Assembly (NCBI GenBank): GCA_030390025.1
Contig: CM059430.1
Span: 61,442,001 to 61,506,000 of the forward strand
Direction of reading: 5' to 3'
DNA: 64,000 bases
DNA from: Squalus acanthias
Taxonomy: Eukaryota
In this document: positions 13,601 through 26,133 of the stretch, in pieces
Layout of the letters: each line of letters begins with the position of its first letter
Position numbering within the stretch: the stretch's first letter is position 1
Position numbers and translations under genes: made by a program
Notes under the pieces: model-generated
Databases searched by the model: none
What the model was told of the DNA's origin: nothing
What the model saw: only the letters and a program-made list of their open reading frames with translations

Positions 13601-14158
13601 TGACTATACTTCAAAAGTACCTAATCGTCTGTAAAGCGCTTTGGGACATCCTGAGCTCGTGAAAGGCGCTATATAAATGCAAGTATTTCTTTTCCTTATT
13701 GAACCTCCTGCTGAAATGGAGGCATTCCTGGAAATGGAGAAGGGAAGCTAGATTTTTGCATGAAGGGAGGACCAGATTGCAATGCATCCACAGTCTGGGT
13801 TGAACCTAAGTTTCTCTGACTACTTGAATTAAAGACTGGATTCCACTGGTATCCTGTTGCAAACCGTCTGGGCATCCTTTGTAAATGGTAACTAAGTTCC
13901 AGTTTCTATCTTAGGCAGCTGTAATCATGAGAACTGTAGTAGGGATTCCATGCTTGTCTTTGGGAAGAGAGAGAGGAGTGCAGCACAGAAGGAAGAAGAT
14001 TGCCAAAGTAGGGACTGGTGCTACTGAGTTAATTTTTTTTGTTGCTGTGACAGTCCACATCTAATGAGGACACAGGGGTTTGGAGCAACTGTGTGGAGCA
14101 ATATTGCTGAGATTTACGATAGGTTTTGTAAAGATATGGACTGTTTAAGGACTAAACC

Positions 14159-17100
14159 ATGCAGCAGCACAGAGTGAACAACTGCGAGTTTGGTAAGTGT
14201 GGGAGTTCGGTGAAGTGGGGGAAGGAGGTGCTTGCTTTTCTTAACTTCTCCCGCAGATCGGCGGCAGACCTGAGCGGGAGCAGACCGAGGCCCGAGAGCG
14301 GGGATAAAAGCAGCAATAGACCTGCATCAACAAGAGAAAACGGCAGTGTAATGTTACAGGTAAGGCAGGTAAGTGATTGGTAGTGACTGTGGGCTAACTT
14401 TTAAGGTAACATATAACATATAACTAAATTTAAAAACGAAACTTAATTTAATTAATTTAATAAACTAAACGAGGTAAATAATTTGATTAATGCTAAACTA
14501 ATTAATTAAACAAATAAAATAATGGGAGAACAGGAGATGTGTTGCTGATGCAATATGAGGAGCTTGTGGACATTTTTGTACAGGGCAAGTACATCTGCGT
14601 TAAATGTCTGTGGTTCGAGGAACTTCGGCTCCGAGTTGAGGAGCTGGAATCCGAGCTGCAGACATTGCGAGACATCAGAGAGGGAGAAAGTTACCTGGAC
14701 CTTTTGCTCCAGGAGGCAGCCACACCCCTTAGATTAAATAATTTAGAATTGACACGTGGTCAGAGACAGGAGGGTGTGACTGCGAGTGAGGCAGGTACGG
14801 GGATCCAGGAAGTAATATTGCAGGAGCCTCAGCCCCTGAACTTGTCCAATAGATTCGAGGTTCTTGCAATCCTTGTGGACCAGTGCGGGGACTGTGGGGA
14901 GGACGAGCAAACTGACCACGGCAAACTGAAGCCGTTGAAGTGGGGGGAGTAAAAAGGAAGGTGGTTGTAGTAGGTGACAGTATAGTTACGGGATAGATGC
15001 TGTTCTCTGCAGCCAGGAGCGTGAGTCCCGAAGGCTATGTTGCCTACCCGGTGCCAGGGTAAAGGACATCTCCTCCATGCTGGAGAAGAACTTGGAGTGG
15101 GAGGGGAAGTATCCAGTTGTTGTGGTCCACGTAGGTGCCAATGACATAGGTAGGACAAAGAAAGAGGTTCTGCTGAGAGAGTTTGAGCAGCTAGGGACTA
15201 AATTAAAAAGCAAAGCCACAAAGGTCATAATCTCTGGATTATTACCTGAGCCACGAGCAAATTGGCATAGGGTCAATAGGATCAGGGAGATGAATGCATG
15301 GCTCAAAGTTTGGTGTGGGAGAAGTGGGTTTCGATTCTTTGGGCACTGGCAGCAGTACTGGGGAAAGAGAGAGCTGTTCCGTTGGGACGGACTACACCTG
15401 AACCATGCTGGGACCAGAGTTCTAGCAAATCGAATAACTCGGGAGGTAGCTAGGGCTTTAAAGTAAATAAGGGTCCTGGTGGAGAGAAATCTAGAATGCT
15501 AAAGAGAAAAGACAAGGAAGCTGTGCAGGAAAATGATTGGTGTAAGGATAACCAGATTGTGTCAGGAAGGGACAGAGCGTACAAACAAAGGTGTGTATGA
15601 ACAAATAGGGTCCGGGTAAGAAAAAATGGTGATAAGACAAATAGGGCCAGAGTAAAAAAAATGTTAAGATGTCTAAAAATGTCAAAAAGACAAATCTAAG
15701 GGCACTGTAGCTGAATGCACGAAGCATTCGTAATAAGGTAGAGTAATTAACAGCACAAATAGATGTAAGCAAATAAAATATAATGGTGATTCTGGAGACA
15801 TGGCTGCAGGGTGGCCAAGGCTGGGAGCTGAATAAACAAGGATATTCGATATTTAGGAAAGACAGGCAAAAAGGAAAAGGAGGTGGGGTGGCCTTGTCAG
15901 TAAAGGATGAAATCAGAGCAATAGTGAGAAAGGATATTGGCACAGAAAATCAAGATGTAGAATCAGTCTGGGTGGAGCTAAGAAGCACCATGGGGCAGAA
16001 AACATTGGTGGGAGTTGTCTATAGGCCTCCAAATAGTAGTGGTAATGTAGGGGATGGCATCTAACAGAAAATTAGAGATGCATGTAACAAGGGTACTACA
16101 GTAATCATGGGTGACTTTAATGCACATATAGACTGGCCAAACTGCATTAGCAATAATACTGCGGAGGATGAATTCTTGGAGTGTGTACGAGATGGTTTTT
16201 TAGACCAGTACATTGAGGAGCCAACTAGGGAGCAGGCTATCCTAGATTGGGTATTGTGCAATGAGAAGGGGTTAATTAACAATCTTGTTGTGCGGGGACC
16301 TTTAGGGAACAGTGACCATAACATGATGGAATTCATCATTAAGATAGAAAGTGAAGTAGTCCAATCCGAAACTAGGGTCCTAAATCTAAACAAAGGAAAC
16401 TACGAAGTTATGAGGAGTGAGTTGGCTATGATAGATTGGGGAGCTTCATTAAAAGGCATGACGGTGCATAGGCAATGGCTAACATTTAAGGAATGAATGC
16501 ATGAATTGCAACAGTTATACATTCCTTTCTGGTGCAAAAACACAAAAGGAAAAGCGGCCCAACCTTGGCTAACAAAATAAATTAAGGATAGTAATAGATC
16601 CAAAGAGGAGTCATATAAAGTAGCCAGAAAAAAATAGCAAGCCTGAGGATTGGGATCAGTTTAGAGTTCAGCAAAAAAGGACCACGAGATTGATTAAGAG
16701 GGTGAAAATAGAGTATGAGAGTAAACTTGCAAGGAACATAAAAGCTGATTGTTAAAGTTTCGACAAGTATGTAACAAGAAAAAAGATGAGTGAAGACAAA
16801 TGTAGGTCCCTTACAGTCAGAAACGGGAGAATTTATAATGGGGAACATGGAAATGGCAGAGCAATTAAACACATACTTTGGTTCTGTCTTCACGGAAGAG
16901 GACACAAATACCTTCCCAGAAATGCTAGGGATCCAAGGCTCTAGTGAGAAGGAGGAATTAAAGGAAATTAGTATTAATAAAAACTAGTGCTGGAGAAATT
17001 AATGGGACTGAATGCCAATAAATCCCCAGGGCCTGATAATCTGCATCCCAGAGTACTAAAAGAGGTAGCCATTGAAATTGTGGATGCATTGGTTGACATC

Positions 17101-18612
17101 TTCCAAAATTCTATAGATTATGGAACAGTTCCTGCAGATTGGAGGGTGGCAATGTAACCTCACTATGTACAAAAGGAGGGAGAGAGAAAACAGGGAACTA
17201 CAGACCAGTTAGCCTAACATCAGTAGTAGGGGAAATGCTAGAGTCTATTATAAAGGATGTGAAAACAGGACACTTAGAAAATATCAACGGAATTAGAAAA
17301 AGCCAACATGGATTTATGAAAGGGAAATCGTGTTTAACAAACCACTGGAGTTTTTTGATGATGTAACTGGTAGAATAGATAAGGGAGAACCAGTGGATGT
17401 GGTGTATTTGGATTTTCAGAAGGCCTTTGATAAAGTCCCACATAAGTGGTTAGTGTGCAAAATTAAAGCACATGGGATTGGGGATAATATACTGGCATGG
17501 ATTGAAAATTGGTTAACAGCCAGGAAACAGAGTAGGAACAAATGGGTCTTTTTTGGGGTGGCAGGCGGTGACTAGTGGGGTACTGCAGGGATCAGTGCTT
17601 GGGCCCCAGCTATTCACAATATATATCAATGATTTGGATGAGGGAACCAAATGTAATATTTCCAAGTTTGCTGACGACACGAAACTAAGAGGGGTTGTGA
17701 GTTATGAGGAGGATGCACAGAGGCTTCAAGGCGATTTAGACAAATTGATTGAGTGGGAAAATCCATGGCAGATGCAGTATAACGTCGATAAATGTGAAGT
17801 TATCCACTTCGGTAGCAAAAACAGAAAGGTAGAGTAATATTTAAATTGTGCTAGATTGGGAAATGCTGATGTACAAAGGGACCTGGGTCTCCTTGTACAA
17901 CTGTTACTGAAAGCAAACATGCAGGTGCAGCAAGCAGTTAGGAAGGGAAATGGTATGTTGGCCTTCATTGCAAGAGGATTTGAGTACAGGAGCAAGGATG
18001 TTTTACTACAGTTGTACAGGGCCTTGGTGTGACCACACCTGGAGTACTGTGTGGAGTTTTGTTCTTCTTACCTAAGAAAGGGTATACTTGCCATAGAGGG
18101 AGTGCAGCGAAGGTTCACCAGACTGATTCCTGGGATGGGAGGACTGTCGTATGAGGAGATATTGGGTCGACTAGACCTGTATTCACTAGAGGTTAGAAGA
18201 ATGAGAGGGGATCTCATTGAAACGTATACAATTCTGACAGGGCTAGACAGACTGGATGCAGGGAGGATGTTTCCCCTGGCTGGGGTGGGGGGGGCGTCTA
18301 GAACGAGGGGGCACAGTCTCAGGATATGGGGTAGGACTTTTAGGACTGAGATGAGGAGAAATTTCTTCACTCAGATGGTGGTGAACCTGTGGAATTCTCT
18401 ACCACAGAAGGCTGTGGAGGCCAAGTCACTGAATATATTTAAGAAGGAGATAGATAGATTTATAGACACAAAAGTTATCAAGGGGTATGGGGGAGAGAGC
18501 GGGAATATGGTATTGAGATAGAGAATCAGCCACGATTATATTGAATGGCGGAGTAGGCTCGAAATGCCGAATGGCCTACTCCTGCTCCTATTTTCTATGT
18601 TTCTATGTTTCT
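14159..18612 (+). mobile_element. Near full-length CR1 LINE (5'UTR, ORF1 zinc finger/leucine zipper/SGNH esterase, ORF2 APE+RT), inactivated
   Basis: ORF1 YICVKC...LRLRVEELESELQTL, GDS...GAND...DGLHL; ORF2 ETWL, YRPPNS, GDFN, SDH, QGSVLGP, FADD; (TTCTATGT)n tail; many stops and frameshifts. Confidence 0.95.
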
Positions 18613-20094
18613 AGGAAGCAACTGCCTTAAAACTGGCACTGAAATTATGAGGAATATTTGGCATATATTTAAATTAAATGTGGGAAAAATGTAGAGTAAT
18701 TAGCATTTTATTTAAAAATAAAAGCAAATACCGCAGATGCTGGAAATATGAAATAAAAACAGAAAATGCTGGAAATACTGAGCATGTCAGGCAGCATCTG
18801 TCGGCTGTTTGAAACAGTTGTCCAATTAGTCCCCCTCCCCTGCTCTTTCCCGTAGCTCTGCAATTGTTTTCTTATTTAATTAATAAATACATAAATACTT
18901 GTGTATATGTGTGCGTGTGTTTATATGAACAGAATCATAGGCAATGTGTTCTTAAAGTAGAATCTGTGCCTTACTCCTATAATGTTATAAAGGGAAATAC
19001 TTGCACCCTAACTGTTGTCTTCCATTCAACCCTTGTTTTGATGATCAACTGCTGAATACAGGCAGCCTGTGAACAGACGACTTATCTGGAAGTACCTCCA
19101 TAGTTATGTTCCAGATAAATCACTCTTGTCTGCATCGTAAACAGGATCCATCCCGTCTACTTCCTCATCCTTTTCCCACAAATCAGAATATTGTCCAATT
19201 CATCACACTTGTTGTGCTTTTTAACTATAGTTTCAATTAGAGACCTGTCTTCTGCCCAGTGTCCTTTCGCTGAGGTGGTTAGGGGGCGTGTCATGATGTT
19301 CCTCAGGAGAACTACGCAAAATCTCCTCCATGATCGCCTCCCACCTGCAGTTCGAAGATGCAACACACTGTAACAAGGGATAACATTAATTAGCAGCATT
19401 CCTCTTTAAATAATTAAAATTATGGGGAAATTCAGATTAAAAATTCTTCACTTTAGTTAAATTCTGTATACGTTTTAACTAACTGGCCGGAAATTACATT
19501 TCGGGATCCCGCATGACCAGCGGAACAGTGTCGGAGTACATGGAAACATTTCGTGGAAGGGATCTGACCAATTCACTGCAGTAGAAGTGTAGGCGAAAAA
19601 AAATAAAGCGCCAGTATTTAGAAGTACACACCTGATGTTTGATCTAGATTTTGTATAATGTCGATAAATATAAAGAATGGATCAGATTTAGCGTCTTCAG
19701 GCGAAGCGATTGTACATTCTAAATGTTAAGAAATGTTACAGGGCAAATATGACGTTTAGTTGCGGTTCAATGTGAACATTACGCGTATGCGGCGCTTTCA
19801 CAGACTTTTGCAAAGAACAGAGCTAAATTTAATACTTAAATTGCTGCTGTGTGGAGGTGAATTGATGAGCCACGTTCTTTATTTAGCTGGAGAAAGTGAT
19901 GCGCTCGTGTCACTATTTCCGAACATGCAAAAACCACACGGTCAAAACCTTCGCTATTTCCTTACATTTCACCAGACTACGTGATAAGTCGAACATACAG
20001 ACATTTCACGCTGCTATATCTGAATTGCTTATTATTCCGGTATCGGGTTATTAAATTTATCCTTACCCCAATTATATATTCTCCAATTTGAAAC

Positions 20095-20375
20095 AGTTGG
20101 TCGGTAACCAAAGGTCACACACTTGAAATAATTGGCAAAAGTGGGTAAATTAGGAGAATTGTTTTAATACAGAGGTTTGTTAAGATCTGGAATACACTAT
20201 CTGAAAGTGTGGTGGAAGCAGATTCCATATTAACTTTCAAAAGGCAATTGGAGATGTACTTGACGAGGACTAATTTGCAGGGTTATGAGGAAAAAGCTGG
20301 GGTGCGGGAGTAAATTGGACAGCTCTTTCAAAGTGCCGGCACAGGCATACCCGGCCGAATGGCCTCCTTCTGATC
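20095..20375 (+). mobile_element. Old CR1 3' fragment
   Basis: Degenerate ...FxQRxVxIWNxL... coding end and GGCCGAATGGCCTCCTTCTG tail. Confidence 0.65.
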
Positions 20376-20919
20376 TTAAGATACGCTGTGACCGCCCCCC
20401 ACCCCCCGCCCCATAGATCCGGAACTCTCTGTAATCAGGGAAATTGACAAAAACTTTGGCTCTTCCGCAGTAAGTACACTGTTAAATTCCCCACTAAAAG
20501 TTAGACCTAAAGGGATTAAGTATAACTGGGGTTTTTGACTGCATTATTAATGCTAAACAATTTTGTGCAGTGTGACATTTTTGCATTTTAATAAAACTTA
20601 AAATTTTAAAGAAAATTTCCAAAAAATATTTTTCAAAATGTTTTTAAAGTTTGTCATCTTTATTTCAGGTTTGCCTTTTCTCCATGTGAGAGCTCCAATC
20701 TTTGTTTTGCTCTCTTTAAAATGTTTAAAAAGTTAGAATTTTAAGGGCTTACTCACTTCCTTGTTCGCTGTCATAGAATCATAGAATGGTTACAGCACAG
20801 AAGGAGGCCGTTCACCCCGCCAAGCCTGTGCCTGCTCTCTGCAAGAGCACTTCAGCTAGTCCCACTCCCCGGCCTTTCCCCATAGCCCTACAAATGTTTT
20901 TCCTTCGGGTACTTATCCA

Positions 20920-23185
20920 TTTCACTTTTGTAAAAGGGAGCAGGAGCGCACAGGCGGGGGACAAGCCGACACCCAACCACTGTCTGCACTGGAGAATCGA
21001 GTGCTGCAGATCAATGGGCGCCAGGTTGTGGGAGCCATGGTCACCAGCGATGTTGACCCCCTTCCTGGCATTACTCCCTTCCTGCTCCCCTCCCCTCCCC
21101 TCATCTTAACCCGACTCTTGTGCCTTTATGCTTTTAGATAATCAGCAAGCACCTGAGCAGCTTGTGCCTGAGGGCACCACAGAGAGCGAGGCGGGAGAAG
21201 AGGAGGAGGAAGAACACACTGCATCTCTCACCCCCAGACACCAGCTGAGATACTGGCACTATGCATTCTTTAGAGGCTTGTATAGTAGCGGGATCTGCAC
21301 AGGGCGAGGCACTGGGGAGGAGTGGGCTGCAACAAGGCCAAGGGGAAAGGGTAGCTTGGGGCTCAGCTCCCCAGAGGGAGAGTTCAAGCGTGAGTTCTGC
21401 TGTACAGGATTCAGATGAGGACCTCGATGGGGAGGCCTTTAGAAAAAGGGTGCTGGGCATGCACACAGCGATGATAGGTGCAATGGCAAGAGTGCCCGGA
21501 TAGCCTATTGGCAATGGTAAGAAGCGTGGAGTAGTCCACCTCCAACATTGCACAAGGCTCTGCACATACCATGGAGCCCATCTTTTCCAGTCTGCAAAGG
21601 CTGGTAGACTCCCAGAGAGACCATGGTGACCCAGACCTGATGCTGAATGTGATGTGCGGTCTGCCAGCTTCCATTGCAGCACAGGCGGAAGCGACACAAC
21701 ATCTTAGTGCTGTAATGTAGTCTATGCTTGGTGGCATCCAATCTCAGACTGCTCTCATGCAGTCTCAGCTTGAAGCCACGCAAGCTCTGACTGCAGCCAT
21801 CGTGACTGGGTTTACAACCGTCGACTGGGGTTTTCATGGTGTTGCAGCAGGCCAGCAATCTGTGCTCTAATAGATTGCTAGGGTTGCTGAGGTGCTGCCC
21901 TGGAGGAGTGGCAGTGGGTCAGTGGAGCAGGAACCTGCTGTCCTCTCTCAGGATGACAGCATTCCTGCTCCCACCACTGCCAGTCTGCCATTGCCCTTGT
22001 TGCAGCCTTTCATCCAGCCAGCCCAGACTGCTGAGGTGGTTTAGTCTACAGCCGGCCCTTGCAGGTCCAGAGCTGGTCGAGGCCTGCCTGCAAGGCCATC
22101 TGAAGTCTCCCACACGGACACTCAGCATCCTTCCACTAGCCCTGCTGCAGCCACTGGGCCAACACTTCATAGGCGCACTAGAGTAGGCAAAGGCACAGTA
22201 AGGAAAGGAACTAAGGGATTGTACAAGGGTGAATAGTTAATACTTTTGGTGCAAATATGTGTTCACTGATTTTTTATAGATGTATTAATTCACTTACCAT
22301 TCTTTTGTGGTGTCTATCATTTAAGCTTTGCGTTTTCATACGCCCTGCGAGAGGAATGGAATGATAGGGATGTTGTGAGCAAAGGGACATGGGCTTTAAA
22401 TCATCCTGGTGTGAGGCTGAAGGTCTGGTTGGAGGAGGTGGCAGAGTTCTGTGACCACCTTCTTGATGAGGCGGAGCCATCTAATACACAGCTCCTCGAT
22501 TAATTGAAGGTAAGAGAAGCGCTCTCAGAATACCCTCGGAGGGTAAGACATTCCTGGTGAGAGCCCTGATGTCCCTCCGCATCTCTCTGTGCACACGTTC
22601 CCATGTTTCTCACTGCCTACGCTCCCTCTGCTGTAGATCCTGGAGGGCGAGGTGGCATGCCAGTACAACCCCCATTAATGTTACCAAGTGTACAGTTTGA
22701 ATCTTTGAAGAATAAATGAAGCTACTTTTAGTTGCCAGAAGACTGCTGATACAAAAGAACCTTCAAATTACTGAATGAAACTGTTGCAGTGGGTGAAACT
22801 GACATGAAACCACTGAAACTGCACTAAGCTGACAGCTGTGAGTCATTACTGATGAACCCTTTAAATAACGTTCCTGGAGGCGGCTTCCTGGTGCTTCACA
22901 CCAGCTCTCCCTGTTGGTGTTTACTCCAGGTGCTAAGGTAGGTGACAAGAATAAATTTAGCAAATTGGGCAGTCAGTGAGCGTTGCACAGTCACTGATGT
23001 CATGATATACCTGGCTTTGACGTTCCCGGTGGTACCTCCGGCGGCGCTATTGGGGGGTGGGGGGATGGTGGGGATTTGGCATATGCACTGGATTTGTCTC
23101 GCCCTGGTGATACTCGTCTAATGCCCCATTAGCACCGTCTACTAATGCTAATGGGAGGCGCTAAGGGGACGAATATTTCCAACCA
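20920..23185. mobile_element. GC-rich degenerate element, possibly PIF/Harbinger-derived DNA transposon
   Basis: GC-rich block with broken coding-like sequence (QDSDEDLDGEAFRKRVLGMHTAMIGAMARVP; Gln/Ala-rich helical stretch). The family assignment is a resemblance only; no catalytic motif or TIR pair was confirmed. Confidence 0.3.
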
Positions 23186-24769
23186 GGTGTCTAATGGAAG
23201 TTTTTTAGCTTTAGAATGGAATCTGATTAAGCAGCATTCAGGCAGCCCTGAAATCTGGGAGCATTCATAATAGCAGGGATTTAAAATTATTTGGATGGGG
23301 TCTAGCTGTATTTTCAGGGGCTCGGAGTCTGACAGCATTGAGAGAGTGCCCAAGTTTTCTGGAAACACTAGACTGCTTCTGGCAATACTGGTGCAGGACC
23401 TGCCATACTGTGATCACTGTGAGATAGATGTTGGGTTTCCCTCAGGGTCTGGCAGTAATGATGGCAGTTCAAAGATCAGGGAGCTTTGGAAATGTGGTTG
23501 AAGGTTTTGGGAGCAATGAAAGGGGTTCCCAATATCTTACAGTTTGTTCAGAAACCCCAAGAAGAAGAACCGTAGGGTCCAACAGCAATAAGGCAGAGGT
23601 ATGGGAGCATTGGGGAACAGACCTGTGCATTATTGGATGCTGTTGAGAGCTGGCAGCAATAGGGAGCAAGTTCTAGCAGCCTTGTAGGAGATGGGGGCCC
23701 AGAGGAATAGGACCTAAACTGCCCTTGTTCCCTTTCAAACCATCAGACCACAACTTGCCACTATTGTTCTGGCTTTTAGCCTGCTCCACCAACAAAACTA
23801 CATGTCCTTTTATACCCTCAGGTACCCACTACCATTTTCCTCGTTGTCAGCCAGTATCTGCCTTAAAGCACCTAAATATATCTATTCTACTTCTTACAAT
23901 TATTGGGCACCGTGGAGCGGAGGTGCACAATTTCACAATATTCTCTCTCAGCCTATGCCCGAAGCACAAGCATGGAAAGTTCGTCCTTTAGTGTATATGT
24001 CATCCTACAATCAATAAAATTTCACATCGAATGCCCCAGTCTTTCAGCCAGTAACACCATTTCTCTAAGCTTTTTGCCAGTCTATTGCAGAAGCAAGATC
24101 AGAGGCGGATAAAAGAAGGACTCGAGAGCGAGAGAGCTAAGCTAAGCACAGGCAGAAACTCGAAAGTGGCGTCACAGTTAGGTAATTGGTTGATGAGCCT
24201 TATCTTTGTCTTTTTTTCTCTCTAAGTTAGGGAAGTGGGTGAAAATAAGAAGTTTAATTATTGATCTAATAAATAGAGGCATGGCAGGGCACTTCAGTTC
24301 CATCGAATGCACATCCCGTGCCATGTGGGAAGTTCAGGATGCTTCTCGTGTCTTGGACAGCCACTTGTGCAGGACGTGTCATCAGCTGCAGGAGCTCGAG
24401 CTCTGCGTTTCGGAGATTGAGCATTGGCTGGCGTCTCCTGTGACCACCTCCTGAAATGTGCAATACACGAGGCTGAGATCTACAATAATAGCACGTTTCA
24501 GGAGGTGGTCAACCTGCAGCTTAAGAGTGTGCAGGCAGAGATGGAATGGGTGACCACCAGACAGACAAGGAGAACCAGGCAGGTAGTGCAGGAGTCCCCT
24601 GAGTGCTTCTCGCTCTCTAACCGGTTTCAGTGAATACTGGTGAGGGCTATTGTTCCTTTGGGGAGTTCAGCCAGCGCCAAATCCATGTGGGTGGCTCAGC
24701 TGTACAGGGAGTGGTGTTAGTGGGGGCATGGGGGGTGGGGGGGGGGGGGGGCGGCGGCGGTGGTCGGAG

Positions 24770-26133
24770 AGAACATGAGAACATAAGAAATAGGAGCAGA
24801 AGTAGGCCATTTGGTCCTTCGAGCCTGCTCCACCAATCAATAAGATCATGGCTGATCTTCTACCTCATCTCCACTTTCCTGCACTATATCCCTTGATGAC
24901 CTTAATATTCAAAAATCTATCGCTCTCTGTCTTGAATATACTCAACGACTGAGCCTCCACAGCCCTCTGGGGTAGAGAATTCCAAAGATTCACCACCCTC
25001 TGAGTCAAGAAATCTCTCCTCATCTCAGTCCTAAATGGCCGACCCCTTATTCTGAGACTGTGACCCCTGGTTCTAGACTCCCCAGCCAGGGAAATATGCT
25101 CCCTGCATCTACCCTGTCAAGCCCTGTAAGAATTTTGTATGCTTCAATGAGATCACCTCTCATTCTTCTAAACTCTCGAGAATATAGGGCTACTTTACTC
25201 AATCTCCCCTCATAGGACAATCCCCCCATCCCAGGAACCAGTCTGGTGAACCTTCGTTGCACGCCCTCTATGGCAAGTATATCCTTTCTTAGGTAAGGAG
25301 ACCCAAACTGTACACAATACTCCAGGTGTAGTCTCACCAGGATCCTATATAATTGCAGTAAGGCATGTTTACTCTTATACTCAAATCCTGTTGTAATAAA
25401 AACCTAATTGCTTTCCTAATTGCTTGCTGTACCTGCATGTTAACTTTCAGTGATTCGTGTACAAGGACACCCAAGTCCCTCTGAACACCAACATTTCCCA
25501 ATCTCTCACCATTTAAGAATACTCTGTTTTTCTATTTGTCCTACCAAAGTGGATAACTTCACATTTCTCCACATTATATTCCATTTGCCATGTTCTTGCC
25601 CACGCACTTAGCCTGTCTATATCCCCTTGAAGCCTCCTTGCATCCTCCTCACAACTTACATTCCCACCCAGCTTTGTATCATAAGCAAACTTGGATATAT
25701 TACATTTGGTCCCCTCATCCAAACCATTGATGTAGTTTGTGAATAGCTGAGGCCCAAGCACTGTTCCTTGCAGTACCCCACTAGTCACAGCCGGCAAAAC
25801 CCGAAAATGACCCGTTTATTCCTACTGTGTGTTTTCTGTCCGTTAACCAATCCTCAATCCATGCTAATATATTACCCCCAATCCCATGAGCCCTAATTAA
25901 CCTCTTGTGTGGCACCTCATCGAATGCCTTCTGGAAATCCAAATACACCACATCCATTGGTTCTCCCTTACCTATTCTGCTAGTTACAACCTCAAGAAAC
26001 TCTAACAGATTTGTCAAACACGATTTTCCTTTCATAAATCCGTGTTGACTCTGTCCAATCCTATTATTATTTTCTATGTGCCCTGTTACCATGTCCTTAA
26101 TAATAGATCCCAGCATTTTCCCTACTACTGATG
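24770..26133 (-). mobile_element. 5'-truncated CR1 inserted in ORF1 of the older CR1
   Basis: Minus-strand RT motifs (QHGFMKGKSCLTNL, YLDFQKAF, HLEYCVQF) and a GAACATAAGA-type tail at 24770-24790. Confidence 0.9.

Larger units (their letters stand above)
11950..13695 (+). mobile_element. DeuSINE (SacSINE1/AmnSINE-like) split by a CR1 insertion
   Basis: Deu-domain-like sequence ...ATCTGGTCATTATCACATTGCTGTTTG...AAATTGGCTG...CCTACATTACAACA stops at about 12100 and resumes at about 13601 (TGACTATACTTCAAAAGTAC...GTAAAGCGCTTTGGGAC...GAAAGGCGCTATATAAATGCAAGT). Confidence 0.7.

Noticed and set aside
17726-17995. Recurrent ORF family MLLYSNPLAMKANIPF... (also at 40029, 49050, 60374)
   Set aside because: Antisense shadow frames of CR1 RT.
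24723-24760. G-runs (also about 2815, 32846, 42469) as G-quadruplex elements or poly-Gly ORFs
   Set aside because: Homopolymer expansions inside decayed repeats, with unreliable length and no independent support.
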